Below are positions 1 to 8,313 of a DNA stretch of 64,000 bases, piece by piece. The notes under the pieces were generated by a model. It searched no databases and was not told the origin of the DNA. It saw only the letters and a program-made list of their open reading frames with translations. The stretch covers positions 105,329 through 169,328 of the forward strand of contig NZ_JAPNJX010000021.1 in assembly GCF_026626685.1 (NCBI RefSeq), written 5' to 3'. The translations under genes were made by a program, and so were the position numbers. The stretch's first letter is position 1, and every line of letters begins with the position of its first letter. Source of the stretch: Nannocystis sp. SCPEA4. Its GTDB lineage: Bacteria > Myxococcota_A > Polyangia > Nannocystales > Nannocystaceae.

Positions 1-306
1 ACGCTGCTGCCGGCGTGGGTGGCGGCGCTGCTGCTGCCGCTGATCGCCGCGGCGGAGGAGGTCGTGTGGCGCGGGGCGGTCGCGTTCGCGGTGGCCTCGC
101 GCGTGGGCCCGTGGTGGGGAGCAGGCGCGTCGGCGGCCGCGTTCGCGCTGGCCCACGTCAGCCTCGGCGTACCGGCGCTGGTGGTCGCGGCCGCCGGCGC
201 CGGGTTCTTCTGGGCCTGGCTCGGCCTCAAGACCCGCAGCCTGTTCGCGGTGCTGGTCTGCCACGTGCTGTGGGACGCGTGCGTGGCGGTGCTGCGGCTG
301 TACTGA
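1..306 (+). CDS. CPBP-family intramembrane metalloprotease (CAAX protease/Abi-like), C-terminal fragment; 5' end outside window
   Basis: Frame is open to the window edge (listed ORF 19..306). The translation carries the three CPBP motifs in order: EEVVWRG (EExxxR), FALAH (FxxxH) and HVLWD (HxxxD), within hydrophobic segments. Confidence 0.55.
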   Translation, partial: TLLPAWVAALLLPLIAAAEEVVWRGAVAFAVASRVGPWWGAGASAAAFALAHVSLGVPALVVAAAGAGFFWAWLGLKTRSLFAVLVCHVLWDACVAVLRLY

Positions 307-402
307 GCGCCTGGACGCTCGCGCGTCGCCGCGCCCGGATCGCGTGAGACCCGGGCGCTACAGTGTGCGCCGCGCCGGCTCGCGTGCAGGTATGCATGAG
401 CC

Positions 403-855
403 ATGCACTCCGCCGCGCTCCACGCCTACGCCGTCGCCGTCGCCGCCCTCTTTTTCAAACATTTCATGACCACCGCGATCCAGGGGCGCGAGCGGCTGCG
501 GACCCGCAGCTTCGCCTACCCCGAGGATGCCGCGCAGTGGCGGGGCGAGCACCACGACGGCCCGCCCTCGCCGCTGTGGGATCGCGCGGCCCGGCTGCTG
601 CGCAACGACGGCGAGAACCACGCGCTGTTCTTCGCCCTCGGCGGGGCCTACGTCGCCCTCGGCTGCCCCGACCGCCTCGGGGTGGCTTACTTCGCCGTCT
701 ACGCGGTGGCCCGCTGGGCCCACGCCGTCTTCTTGCTGTGGCCGCGCCAGCCGCACCGCAACCGGGCCTACGTCGTCTCGCTCGCGGTGCTCCTCGCGCT
801 CGCGGTGCACGTCACGATCGCCGGCCTCGGCGCGTGCGCGCTGCGGCTCGCCTGA
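403..855 (+). CDS. MAPEG-family membrane protein (microsomal GST-like)
   Basis: 150 aa with about four hydrophobic helices and the MAPEG-like signature R..NDGENH. Confidence 0.55.
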   Translation: MHSAALHAYAVAVAALFFKHFMTTAIQGRERLRTRSFAYPEDAAQWRGEHHDGPPSPLWDRAARLLRNDGENHALFFALGGAYVALGCPDRLGVAYFAVYAVARWAHAVFLLWPRQPHRNRAYVVSLAVLLALAVHVTIAGLGACALRLA

Positions 856-889
856 CGCGGACATGTCCTTTCAGACAGGCCGTGCGACG

Positions 890-1633
890 CTAGCGGCCCG
901 AGAGGAAGCCGAGGCGCTGGAACAGCGGCTCGGGGGTGTGGCGGACGACGAAGAGGATCGGGCGCCAGTACCACGGGACGAACGCGACGGCCCGGCGGCG
1001 GGCGATCGCGCGGTCGATGTCGCGGGCGACCCGCTGCGGCGTGGCGAACAGGGCGTTCTTGGCGTGCGTCGCGGTCATCGGCGTGTCGACCGGGCCGAGC
1101 TTGAGGGTGGTGACGGTGACGCCGGCCGGCCAGAGCCGACTGCGCAGGCCCTGCAGGTACACGTGGAGCGCGCCCTTGGCGGCCCCGTAGGTATAGTTGC
1201 GCGGGCGGCCGCGCTCGCCGGCGACCGAGGTGATGACGGCGATCGTGCCGCTGCGCTGGCGCTCGAGCGCGTCGGCCAGCGGGATCAGCAGCGCCAGCAC
1301 CGAGACGAAGTTGGCCTGGACGATCCGCGCGGCCTCGGCGACGTCGTGCTCGCTCCGCTGCTGGTCGCCGAGGTCGCCGTGGGCCACGAACACGAGGTCG
1401 ACGCGGCCGTCGAGCGCCGCGATGCCCTCGCGCGCGAGCGCCTCGGCGCGGGCGAGGTCGGTGAATTCGCCGCTGGCCGTGGTGACCTCGGCGCCGCGGC
1501 AGCGGGCGGCCACCGCCGCGAGCTTGTCGGGGTCGCGGCCGACCAGGTGGAGCCGATCGCCGCGGGCGGCCCAGCGCACACACACCTCGGCGGCGATCGC
1601 GGAGGTGGCCCCGAAGACGATGACGTGACGCAT
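890..1633 (-). CDS. SDR-family oxidoreductase
   Basis: Start taken at the internal Met MRHVIVFGATSAIA (Rossmann TGxxxGxG-like). YGAAK catalytic motif present. About 248 aa, typical SDR length. Convergent with the upstream gene. Confidence 0.8.
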   Translation of the reverse strand: MRHVIVFGATSAIAAEVCVRWAARGDRLHLVGRDPDKLAAVAARCRGAEVTTASGEFTDLARAEALAREGIAALDGRVDLVFVAHGDLGDQQRSEHDVAEAARIVQANFVSVLALLIPLADALERQRSGTIAVITSVAGERGRPRNYTYGAAKGALHVYLQGLRSRLWPAGVTVTTLKLGPVDTPMTATHAKNALFATPQRVARDIDRAIARRRAVAFVPWYWRPILFVVRHTPEPLFQRLGFLSGR

Positions 1634-1708
1634 GGCGGCGAAGGTAGCGCGGCCGGCGGCGGCGCGCCAGCAGGGCCTCGGTCGTCCGCTCGCAACGCCG
1701 GCGAGATG

Positions 1709-1790
1709 GACCTCAGGACATGCCCATGACGACATGCCTGATACGACATGCTCGATGAGACATTGCCGTTCGGACATGCCCAGGAGAGGC
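1709..1790. repeat. Five-unit tandem array of a 14-bp GACATG-containing repeat in the SDR promoter region
   Basis: GACATGCCCATGAC / GACATGCCTGATAC / GACATGCTCGATGA / GACATTGCCGTTCG / GACATGCCCAGG. GACATG starts at about 1718, 1731, 1745, 1759 and 1773. Confidence 0.8.
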
Positions 1791-1886
1791 GTACCGCGGG
1801 CGGAGCCCCGAGGGCCCGCCAGACTCCGAGATGCGCCGCGCGACATGTCCTTTCAGGCATCTTCGTCCGGCATTCACGTGCGCGCC

Positions 1887-4772
1887 TCAATTCTGCGGCG
1901 CCACGGCGTCGGTGCCCTCCACGTGCGCGGCGCGCCAGGCGACGGCCTCGGCGAGGTCGATCGAGCCGGCGAGGCCCAGGGCCGTGAAGGTGGCGACCGC
2001 CTGGTCGAGGAGGACGCGGGCGCGCGGGCGGTCGCGGTCGGACAGCCACAGCGCGCGGGCCAGGCCGTACTCGGCGCGGCCGCGCAGGAGCGCGTGGACG
2101 TCGGTGCCGGCGCGGATCGCCAGGGCCCGCTCGAACGCCGGGATCGCGGTGGCGAGGTCGCCGGCACGGATGCCCCACTCGCCGAGGCCGAGCAGCGAGC
2201 GCGCGACCTCGGCGTGGCTCTCGCCGAGCACGCGGCGGCGGATCGCCAGCGAGCGGTCGATGACCTCGCGCGCACGGTCGAGCTGGCCGGCGCCGAGGTA
2301 CGACTCGCCGAGGTTGTCGAGCTGGGAGCACAGCTCGATGTGGTCGGGGCCGAGGCGGCGCTCGAGCGAGCGCACCACCGCCTCGAACGCGGCGACGGCG
2401 TCGACCGGGCGGCCGCTGCGGGCCAGCGCGGCGGCGATGTTGCCCTGGAACACGACCACCAGCGGATCGTCCTCGCCGTGGGCGCGGAGGATGATGTCGA
2501 GGCCGCGGCGCCAGGTCGCCAGAGCGGCGTCGAAGTCGGTGAGGACGAAGTAGAGGCTGCCCTCGTAGCGCAGGGCGGCGGCGACCTCGGGGTGGTCGGG
2601 GCCGTAGAGCCGCTCGAGGCGGGTGCGGCTGTCCGGAAGGACAGCTTGCGAGCGGGCGAACTCCTGGCGGGCCCACAGCGCGGTGCCGAACCACTGCCGC
2701 GCGCGCGCGGTGTCGGGGTTGTCGGCGCCGTGGAGGGCGTCGTAGGCGGCGACGCTGCGCTCGATGGCGACCTCGGACTCGGCGTAGCGCCCGAGCGACC
2801 ACAGCAGCTTGCTGCGGGCGAAGTCGAGGAAAGCGGCGGCGATGTCGTCGGGCGCGCGACTCTGGGCGGCGGTGGCGATCTGCAGCCAGACCTCGGCGTG
2901 GTCGAGGCGGCCGAGGCTGTTGAGGGCCTCGACCAGGGCGGCCGCGGCGTCGCGAGCGACCGCGTCCTCGTGGCTCGCGGTGGCGATGGTGAAGGCCGAC
3001 ATCAGGCTGACCTGGGCCTCGCCGTCGCGGTGCACCAGCGCGAGCAGGCGCCCGCGCGCGAGCAGGGCCTCGGCGACCACCGGGCTGTAGGCGGCGGCCT
3101 CGGCGGCGGCGACGGCCGCCTCGGCGGCGAGCAGGCCGGCCTCGTAGCGGCCGGTGTGCTCGAGCGCGGCGACGTTGGCGAGCTGGCGGCGCACGGCGTC
3201 GACGGCGAGCGCGGTGTTGGGATCGTCGGGCGGCGGCAGCTCGGCCTGCAGGACCGGGAGGTCGGCGCAGCGCTCGACCGGCGGCAGCGCGGTGACGGCG
3301 TCGACCGCCCGCTCGACCACGCCGGCGTCGGCGGCGACCAGCAGGTCGGTGACCGCCTTGACCTCATGGACATGTCTTGAAAGACAGGCCATGCGGCGGT
3401 CGAGCAAGCGCTCCGACTGCTCGCCGCGCGCGTGGGCCTCGCAGGCCTCGCGGTGCATGGTCGCGATCGCGTCGGCGCGAGCGTCGAGGCGCGCGGCCAC
3501 CTGCGTCCACGCCTCGTCGGCGAAGTCGACGTCGGCGGCCTCGAAGGCGTCGGCGGCGGCGTCGCGGCGGGCCGGGTCCCACACGCCGATCAGCCGGGCC
3601 TCGCCGCCGCCGCAGCGATCGGGCTCGTGCAGGCTGTAGGCGGCCGCGGCGAGGCCGACCACGACGGCGAGGCCGAGACCGACCACGGCGTGGCGGGCTC
3701 GCACCTGCGGGCCGGCGAGGTCGGCCAGCAGCGCGTCCATGCTCGGGTAGCGCGCGTCGGGGGCGCGCGCGAGGCCGCGCGACAGCGCCCGGTACAGCCG
3801 CGGCGGCACGCGCGGGCCGACCTGACCGCGCTCGGGCAGGTCGGCGACCAGGACCTGGTCGCGCAGCTCGTCGACGGTCTCGCCGGCGAACGGCCGCACG
3901 CCCCACAGCGCCTCCCACAGCGCGACGCAGAAGCTGAACTGATCGGTGCGGGCGTCGACCTGTCCTCCGAGCCATTGCTCCGGGGCCATGTACGCCGGCG
4001 TGCCGGCGACGAAGGCGGTGCGCTCGATGGCCGCGCCGCCGAGCTCGCCGTCGTCGGACCGCTCGGCCTGCTCGGCGAGGGCGGCCAGGCCGAAGTCGAC
4101 CACGCGGACGCGGCCCTCGAGGTCGACGAGGACGTTGCCGGGCTTGAAGTCGCGGTGGGTGAGGCCGACGCGGTGGGCCGCGGCCAGGCCGCGACCGGCC
4201 TCGGCGAACACGGTGAGGATGTCCTGCGGGCTGCGCTCGCGGTCGTCGAGCCAGGCCGACAGCGTGACGCCGCGGACGAACTCCATGGCGATGAACAGCT
4301 CGTCGCCGATCGTGCCGGCCTCGTAGACCTGGACCACGTTGGGGTGCGACAGGCGGGCCAGCGCCTGCGCCTCGCGCAGCAATCGCGCCTGCAGGCGCTC
4401 GTCGTTGCGGTGGTGCGAGCGCACGAGCTTGATCGCCACGCGCCGCTCGAGCACCTCGTCGTAGCCGGACAGCACGACGCCCATGCCGCCCTCCCCGAGC
4501 TCGCTGAGGATCGCGTAGCGGCCGATCCGGCGCGACTGACGGATCGCCAGCGAGTCGTCGAGCGCAGCCGCGGCGCCGCGCACACTGATGCCCGAGGTCT
4601 GCTGGGCCGTGACGCTGTCCTTGCGGTCAGGCGGGGCCAGAGCCGTCTCTTCGATCGCGCTCGGGCGGGCCCGGGCGGTCACGTCGAGCGCCGGGGAGCG
4701 CCCGTCGGTGGTCGCGAGCAGGTCCACACCGGAGGGCCCGGTGCGCATGTCGTCGGGCGAGGGGGCACCCAC
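1887..4772 (-). CDS. Ser/Thr protein kinase with C-terminal TPR repeats
   Basis: 961-aa ORF. Hanks kinase motifs: GEGGMGVV glycine loop, [22 protein letters not shown] long TPR-like region follows a TM segment. GTG start at 4772; an alternative ATG lies at 4748. Confidence 0.85.
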   Translation of the reverse strand: MGAPSPDDMRTGPSGVDLLATTDGRSPALDVTARARPSAIEETALAPPDRKDSVTAQQTSGISVRGAAAALDDSLAIRQSRRIGRYAILSELGEGGMGVVLSGYDEVLERRVAIKLVRSHHRNDERLQARLLREAQALARLSHPNVVQVYEAGTIGDELFIAMEFVRGVTLSAWLDDRERSPQDILTVFAEAGRGLAAAHRVGLTHRDFKPGNVLVDLEGRVRVVDFGLAALAEQAERSDDGELGGAAIERTAFVAGTPAYMAPEQWLGGQVDARTDQFSFCVALWEALWGVRPFAGETVDELRDQVLVADLPERGQVGPRVPPRLYRALSRGLARAPDARYPSMDALLADLAGPQVRARHAVVGLGLAVVVGLAAAAYSLHEPDRCGGGEARLIGVWDPARRDAAADAFEAADVDFADEAWTQVAARLDARADAIATMHREACEAHARGEQSERLLDRRMACLSRHVHEVKAVTDLLVAADAGVVERAVDAVTALPPVERCADLPVLQAELPPPDDPNTALAVDAVRRQLANVAALEHTGRYEAGLLAAEAAVAAAEAAAYSPVVAEALLARGRLLALVHRDGEAQVSLMSAFTIATASHEDAVARDAAAALVEALNSLGRLDHAEVWLQIATAAQSRAPDDIAAAFLDFARSKLLWSLGRYAESEVAIERSVAAYDALHGADNPDTARARQWFGTALWARQEFARSQAVLPDSRTRLERLYGPDHPEVAAALRYEGSLYFVLTDFDAALATWRRGLDIILRAHGEDDPLVVVFQGNIAAALARSGRPVDAVAAFEAVVRSLERRLGPDHIELCSQLDNLGESYLGAGQLDRAREVIDRSLAIRRRVLGESHAEVARSLLGLGEWGIRAGDLATAIPAFERALAIRAGTDVHALLRGRAEYGLARALWLSDRDRPRARVLLDQAVATFTALGLAGSIDLAEAVAWRAAHVEGTDAVAPQN

Positions 4773-4963
4773 CGCTGAGCACGGTACACGACCTCCGTCT
4801 CGCCCGGCGAGCGCGACCTCGCGCGCGAGCGCCCTCGCCCCTGCCCGCCGGCCCGCCTGGCGGCCCCTTCAGCTGTCCTTTCGGACATGTCGTGACGCAG
4901 ACAGGCGACCGCCCGGGCAGGTCGCCAGATCTGCCCGGGCGGTCTTCGTGGTGGGTGAGGATC

Positions 4964-6817
4964 TTACTCGCAGGCCTTGGTCTTGCCGACCTTGAGCTGG
5001 CAGATCGCGTCGGCGTAGGCGGCCGTGAACACATCGCGGCGGACGCCGGTCTGGCTCTTGCCGAGGTCGTCGAGGTCGGGGCTGAGCTGGCCGAGCTTCT
5101 CGCGGAGCGTCGACTCGGTGGTCCACAGCTCGGCGGCGGCGCGGCGGATCTCGACGTCCTCGTCGAAGGCGTTGAACACCGTGACGATCGGCTCCTTGTT
5201 GCCGCCGAGCGGCACGCCGGCGGCCTTGACGGCGAGGTTGAAGCGGTCGGCGTCGAGCTGCAGGAGGATGTTGTAGTCGTCGCGCTGCGGGTAGAGGGCG
5301 CGGATGGCGTCGAGCTCGACGTCGTCGAAGTCGCCCTCGCCGAGGTTCTGGTCGACCTCCCAGCGCAGGTCGTCTTCCTTGTTGATCATGCCGACGTTGT
5401 GGCAGCCCATGCACGACTTGCCGTTGCGGACCACGCCGTCGGGCGCGTTCTTGTCCTGCACGATCTGGATCGGCGCGTCGTCGATGCGGCGGCCGTCGTT
5501 GGCGACGATCATGTAGCCCTGGAGGCCGTTCGGCAGGCTGTAGATGATCTCGCTGCCGGCCTCGACGAAGTTGAACGGGTCGACGAAGACGTTGGCCTCG
5601 CCGGCGTTGCTGATGAAGTCGTAGCTGATCCAGTAGACGCGGTTGCTGGCGTTGGGGAAGTCGTGGCGCTCGATCACGCGGTGGTTCTCGGACACGCCCG
5701 ACTCGTGGAACGCGGCGCGCGCGACCCGGTTCGGGTTGGTGTCGATCTCCTCCTGGATGTTGAAATCGACGTCGATGCCGAAGCTGGCCTCGAGCTCCTG
5801 GCGGGTCAGCGGGATCCGCAGGACGTCGTGGTAGAGCGGCGGCTGGGCGGCGACCTCGACGAACGCGTCGGCCTGCAGCAGGAAGAACTTCGTGCCCGTG
5901 GCCTGCTTCACGTCCTCGGCGCTGTCGCCGATGAACTCGATCGCGTACGGGTCCTTGGCGGCGATCAGCTCCCAGGTGTCCTTGAACTGCTCGGTGAACG
6001 TGCCGGTCTCGGGGTCGAGCACCCGGCCCGGGGCGTCCCAGTCGTAGTCGCGGATGTCGATGCGGAAGATCAGCTGGTCCGCGTCGATCGGCACCGGCGC
6101 CACGACCTTGATCTCGTTCGACAGGCTGTTGGCCAGCTTCGACAGCGCGTGGCGGTAGATGTCGATCTCCTCCTTACACCAGCCGTAGTTGTAGAGGTGG
6201 ACCAGGCTGAAGTAGCGGATGAAGGGCCGCGCGTCGGCCGAGATCTCCTGGGTGTTCAGGAGGTCGTTGCGGATCAGGTCGATGACCTGCGTGCGCGTCA
6301 TCCACGGGTTGTCGGCGCAGCCGGTGACGCCGGCGCACTCGCCGATCCACTGCTCGACCGCGCGGATGTCGTCCTCGCTCGGACGCTGCGTCTCGCTCTC
6401 GGGCGGCATCGGGGCCATCTCGGCGCTCATGCGGCGGTAGATCGCCGAGTTGTTGGGCTCGCCGGGGACGACCTTGCCGTTCGAGATCAGCGCGTCGAGG
6501 TTGGTGATGTAATTGATGCTGCCGAGCGCGGCGCTGTCGGGCCCGTGACACTTCGAGCAGTTGACGTCGAGGATGTCGAGCGTCTTGGCCGACAGCTCGC
6601 CACAGTTGGCGTCGCCCGGCTGCTCGCTGCCGGTGGCGCCGCCGTCGGTGGTGCCGACGCTGTCGCTGCCCGGGCCGGTCCCTTCGGTGCTCTCGGTCTC
6701 GCCGCCGCCGCCGCTGTCACCGGGGAGGACGACGGTCTTGCAGGCGCCGCCGGCCAGCAGGGCCAGCGCAGCGGCAGTGACGAGCGGGATCGGGGAGTAG
6801 GATGAACGTTGAGACAT
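4964..6817 (-). CDS. Lipoprotein with PSCyt-like c-type cytochrome motifs (two CxxCH)
   Basis: Signal peptide with lipobox LLAGGAC. CSKCHG followed by a PSCyt1-like signature (...VVPGEPNNSAIYRRM...MPP) and a second CMGCHNVG motif. 617 aa. ATG at 6817. Confidence 0.7.
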   Translation of the reverse strand: MSQRSSYSPIPLVTAAALALLAGGACKTVVLPGDSGGGGETESTEGTGPGSDSVGTTDGGATGSEQPGDANCGELSAKTLDILDVNCSKCHGPDSAALGSINYITNLDALISNGKVVPGEPNNSAIYRRMSAEMAPMPPESETQRPSEDDIRAVEQWIGECAGVTGCADNPWMTRTQVIDLIRNDLLNTQEISADARPFIRYFSLVHLYNYGWCKEEIDIYRHALSKLANSLSNEIKVVAPVPIDADQLIFRIDIRDYDWDAPGRVLDPETGTFTEQFKDTWELIAAKDPYAIEFIGDSAEDVKQATGTKFFLLQADAFVEVAAQPPLYHDVLRIPLTRQELEASFGIDVDFNIQEEIDTNPNRVARAAFHESGVSENHRVIERHDFPNASNRVYWISYDFISNAGEANVFVDPFNFVEAGSEIIYSLPNGLQGYMIVANDGRRIDDAPIQIVQDKNAPDGVVRNGKSCMGCHNVGMINKEDDLRWEVDQNLGEGDFDDVELDAIRALYPQRDDYNILLQLDADRFNLAVKAAGVPLGGNKEPIVTVFNAFDEDVEIRRAAAELWTTESTLREKLGQLSPDLDDLGKSQTGVRRDVFTAAYADAICQLKVGKTKACE

Positions 6818-6908
6818 GGTCGAAGGTGCTCCTGGAAGAGATGGCCCGTAGGACAGGTGGGGATCGCGGGGCCCGGGCCGGGGCGACGATCGCGGCCCTC
6901 GGGCCAGG

Positions 6909-7904
6909 TCAGAAGCGTGCAGACAGGGACAGGCCCCCGTACGTCGGGGCGAAGGTCGGGGCGACGGAGACGCGCGACAGCTGCTCCATTTTCGCCTTCT
7001 TGAAGTCGGTCGCGCCGAGGGCGACCAGGGTGACGCCGAGCGCGACCCCGAGGACCCCCGCGACCGCGCCGGCGGCGGTCATGGTGTCGCCCTGCTTCTT
7101 CTGCGCCTCGAGCGGGGCGATGTAGTCGGGGTTGCCGTTGGCCTTGGGCAGCTCGCGGTCGGCGGAACGGCTGAGGTAGATGCCGCCGGCCATGACGCCG
7201 AGGCCCGCGAGGCCGCCGGCGAGGAAGATCGAGCCGGCGATCAGCTCGCCGCGGGCGTTGCGGCGCACCGGGTTGGTGCGGCGCACAAGGTCGGGCAAGG
7301 CGCCGTCGGCCGCGGCGCGCAGCTCGGTGCTCCACGCGTGCATCGTCTCGACGTCGTCGGGGCTGACGCGGATGCCGTCGAGGGCGCCGCCGCTGCTGGC
7401 CGCCAGCAGGGCGTCGGCGCGGTCGATGTGGCGCAGGCTGGCCTCCCACTCGGCCTTGGCCTGGTCGGCGCTGCGCTTGCGCGCGAGCTTCTGCCGCGCG
7501 TCGGCGGCCGCGAGGTGCAGCACCGGGTCGCGCAGGGCCTCGGCTCCGCCGGCGAGCAGGCCGACGGCACCCTCGAGGTTACCGGCGTCGGACAGCTTCT
7601 GCGCCTGGTCCTGCAGCGGCGCGCGCTCGGCCTCGGCCTTCTCGACCTGGGCACTGATCACGGCCTCGCGCGGCTGCGCCTTGGGAGCGGCCTTCTTCTT
7701 GCCGCTCTTCTTCTTGGTGTTGCTCGGCTCGGGCGAGTCGTCGAGGACGATGTCGTCGTCGGCGGCCGGCTTGGCCGAATCGGTCTTCCATTCAGTCGAG
7801 GACTCCCCCGGCTGCGCGGCCCATGCGGGGGCCGGAACAGCCAGGGACAATGCGATCCCCACCACCAGGAGCGAACGGCGCCCCTGCGATCGTACTGTCG
7901 ACAT
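6909..7904 (-). CDS. Secreted/membrane-anchored hypothetical protein
   Basis: In-frame Met MSTVRSQGRRSLLVVGIALSLAVPAPAWA gives a signal peptide. Lys/Ala-rich charged region, predicted C-terminal TM helices. The listed 432-aa ORF includes upstream non-coding read-through. Confidence 0.45.
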   Translation of the reverse strand: MSTVRSQGRRSLLVVGIALSLAVPAPAWAAQPGESSTEWKTDSAKPAADDDIVLDDSPEPSNTKKKSGKKKAAPKAQPREAVISAQVEKAEAERAPLQDQAQKLSDAGNLEGAVGLLAGGAEALRDPVLHLAAADARQKLARKRSADQAKAEWEASLRHIDRADALLAASSGGALDGIRVSPDDVETMHAWSTELRAAADGALPDLVRRTNPVRRNARGELIAGSIFLAGGLAGLGVMAGGIYLSRSADRELPKANGNPDYIAPLEAQKKQGDTMTAAGAVAGVLGVALGVTLVALGATDFKKAKMEQLSRVSVAPTFAPTYGGLSLSARF

Positions 7905-8313
7905 GCGCTCTCCTTGAAGGCCGCGGGCACCCGCCCGGCGGCGACGAATGCTGTCCGACAGGCCGGCCTTGCATGCACATGCAAGGCTGGCGACGGCCGT
8001 GTCGGACCGCGAGAAATAGGATTGGCCATCCTGGCCTAAAAGACAGCCTCCCTGGCAGAGCACCCTCCGTGGCGCATGGGCGGGAACACCGCGGCGAACC
8101 GTGGAACCCCGACCCGCATCTCGAGTAACGGGGCTCGCCCGATCGATCACTACGGTTCGCCGAAAATTCGCGAATCCCGTGTCACGAGGGTATGGCGGCC
8201 TGTTCACGACCGGGGAGCGGGGCTGCGCCGGTCGGTCGCGAGCGCTGGGGGCAGGCGCCCGCGCCGCGATCGAGTGTGCACATTCACCGTTCCGCGACGG
8301 CGCATTCGATCAT

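Noticed and set aside
1709-1790. 14-bp periodic arrays considered as CRISPR arrays
   Set aside because: Repeat unit far too short (14 bp total, 6-8 bp conserved). No regular spacers of 25-40 bp, no cas genes. Copies are dispersed in more than 15 loci.
1632-3380. 582-aa plus-strand ORF (with 3432..4778 + and several 100-250-aa ORFs) overlapping the TPR kinase gene
   Set aside because: Antisense to a gene with clear kinase motifs. The Gly/Arg/Ala/Asp-rich translation is typical of off-frame reading in about 70% GC DNA. No domain signatures.
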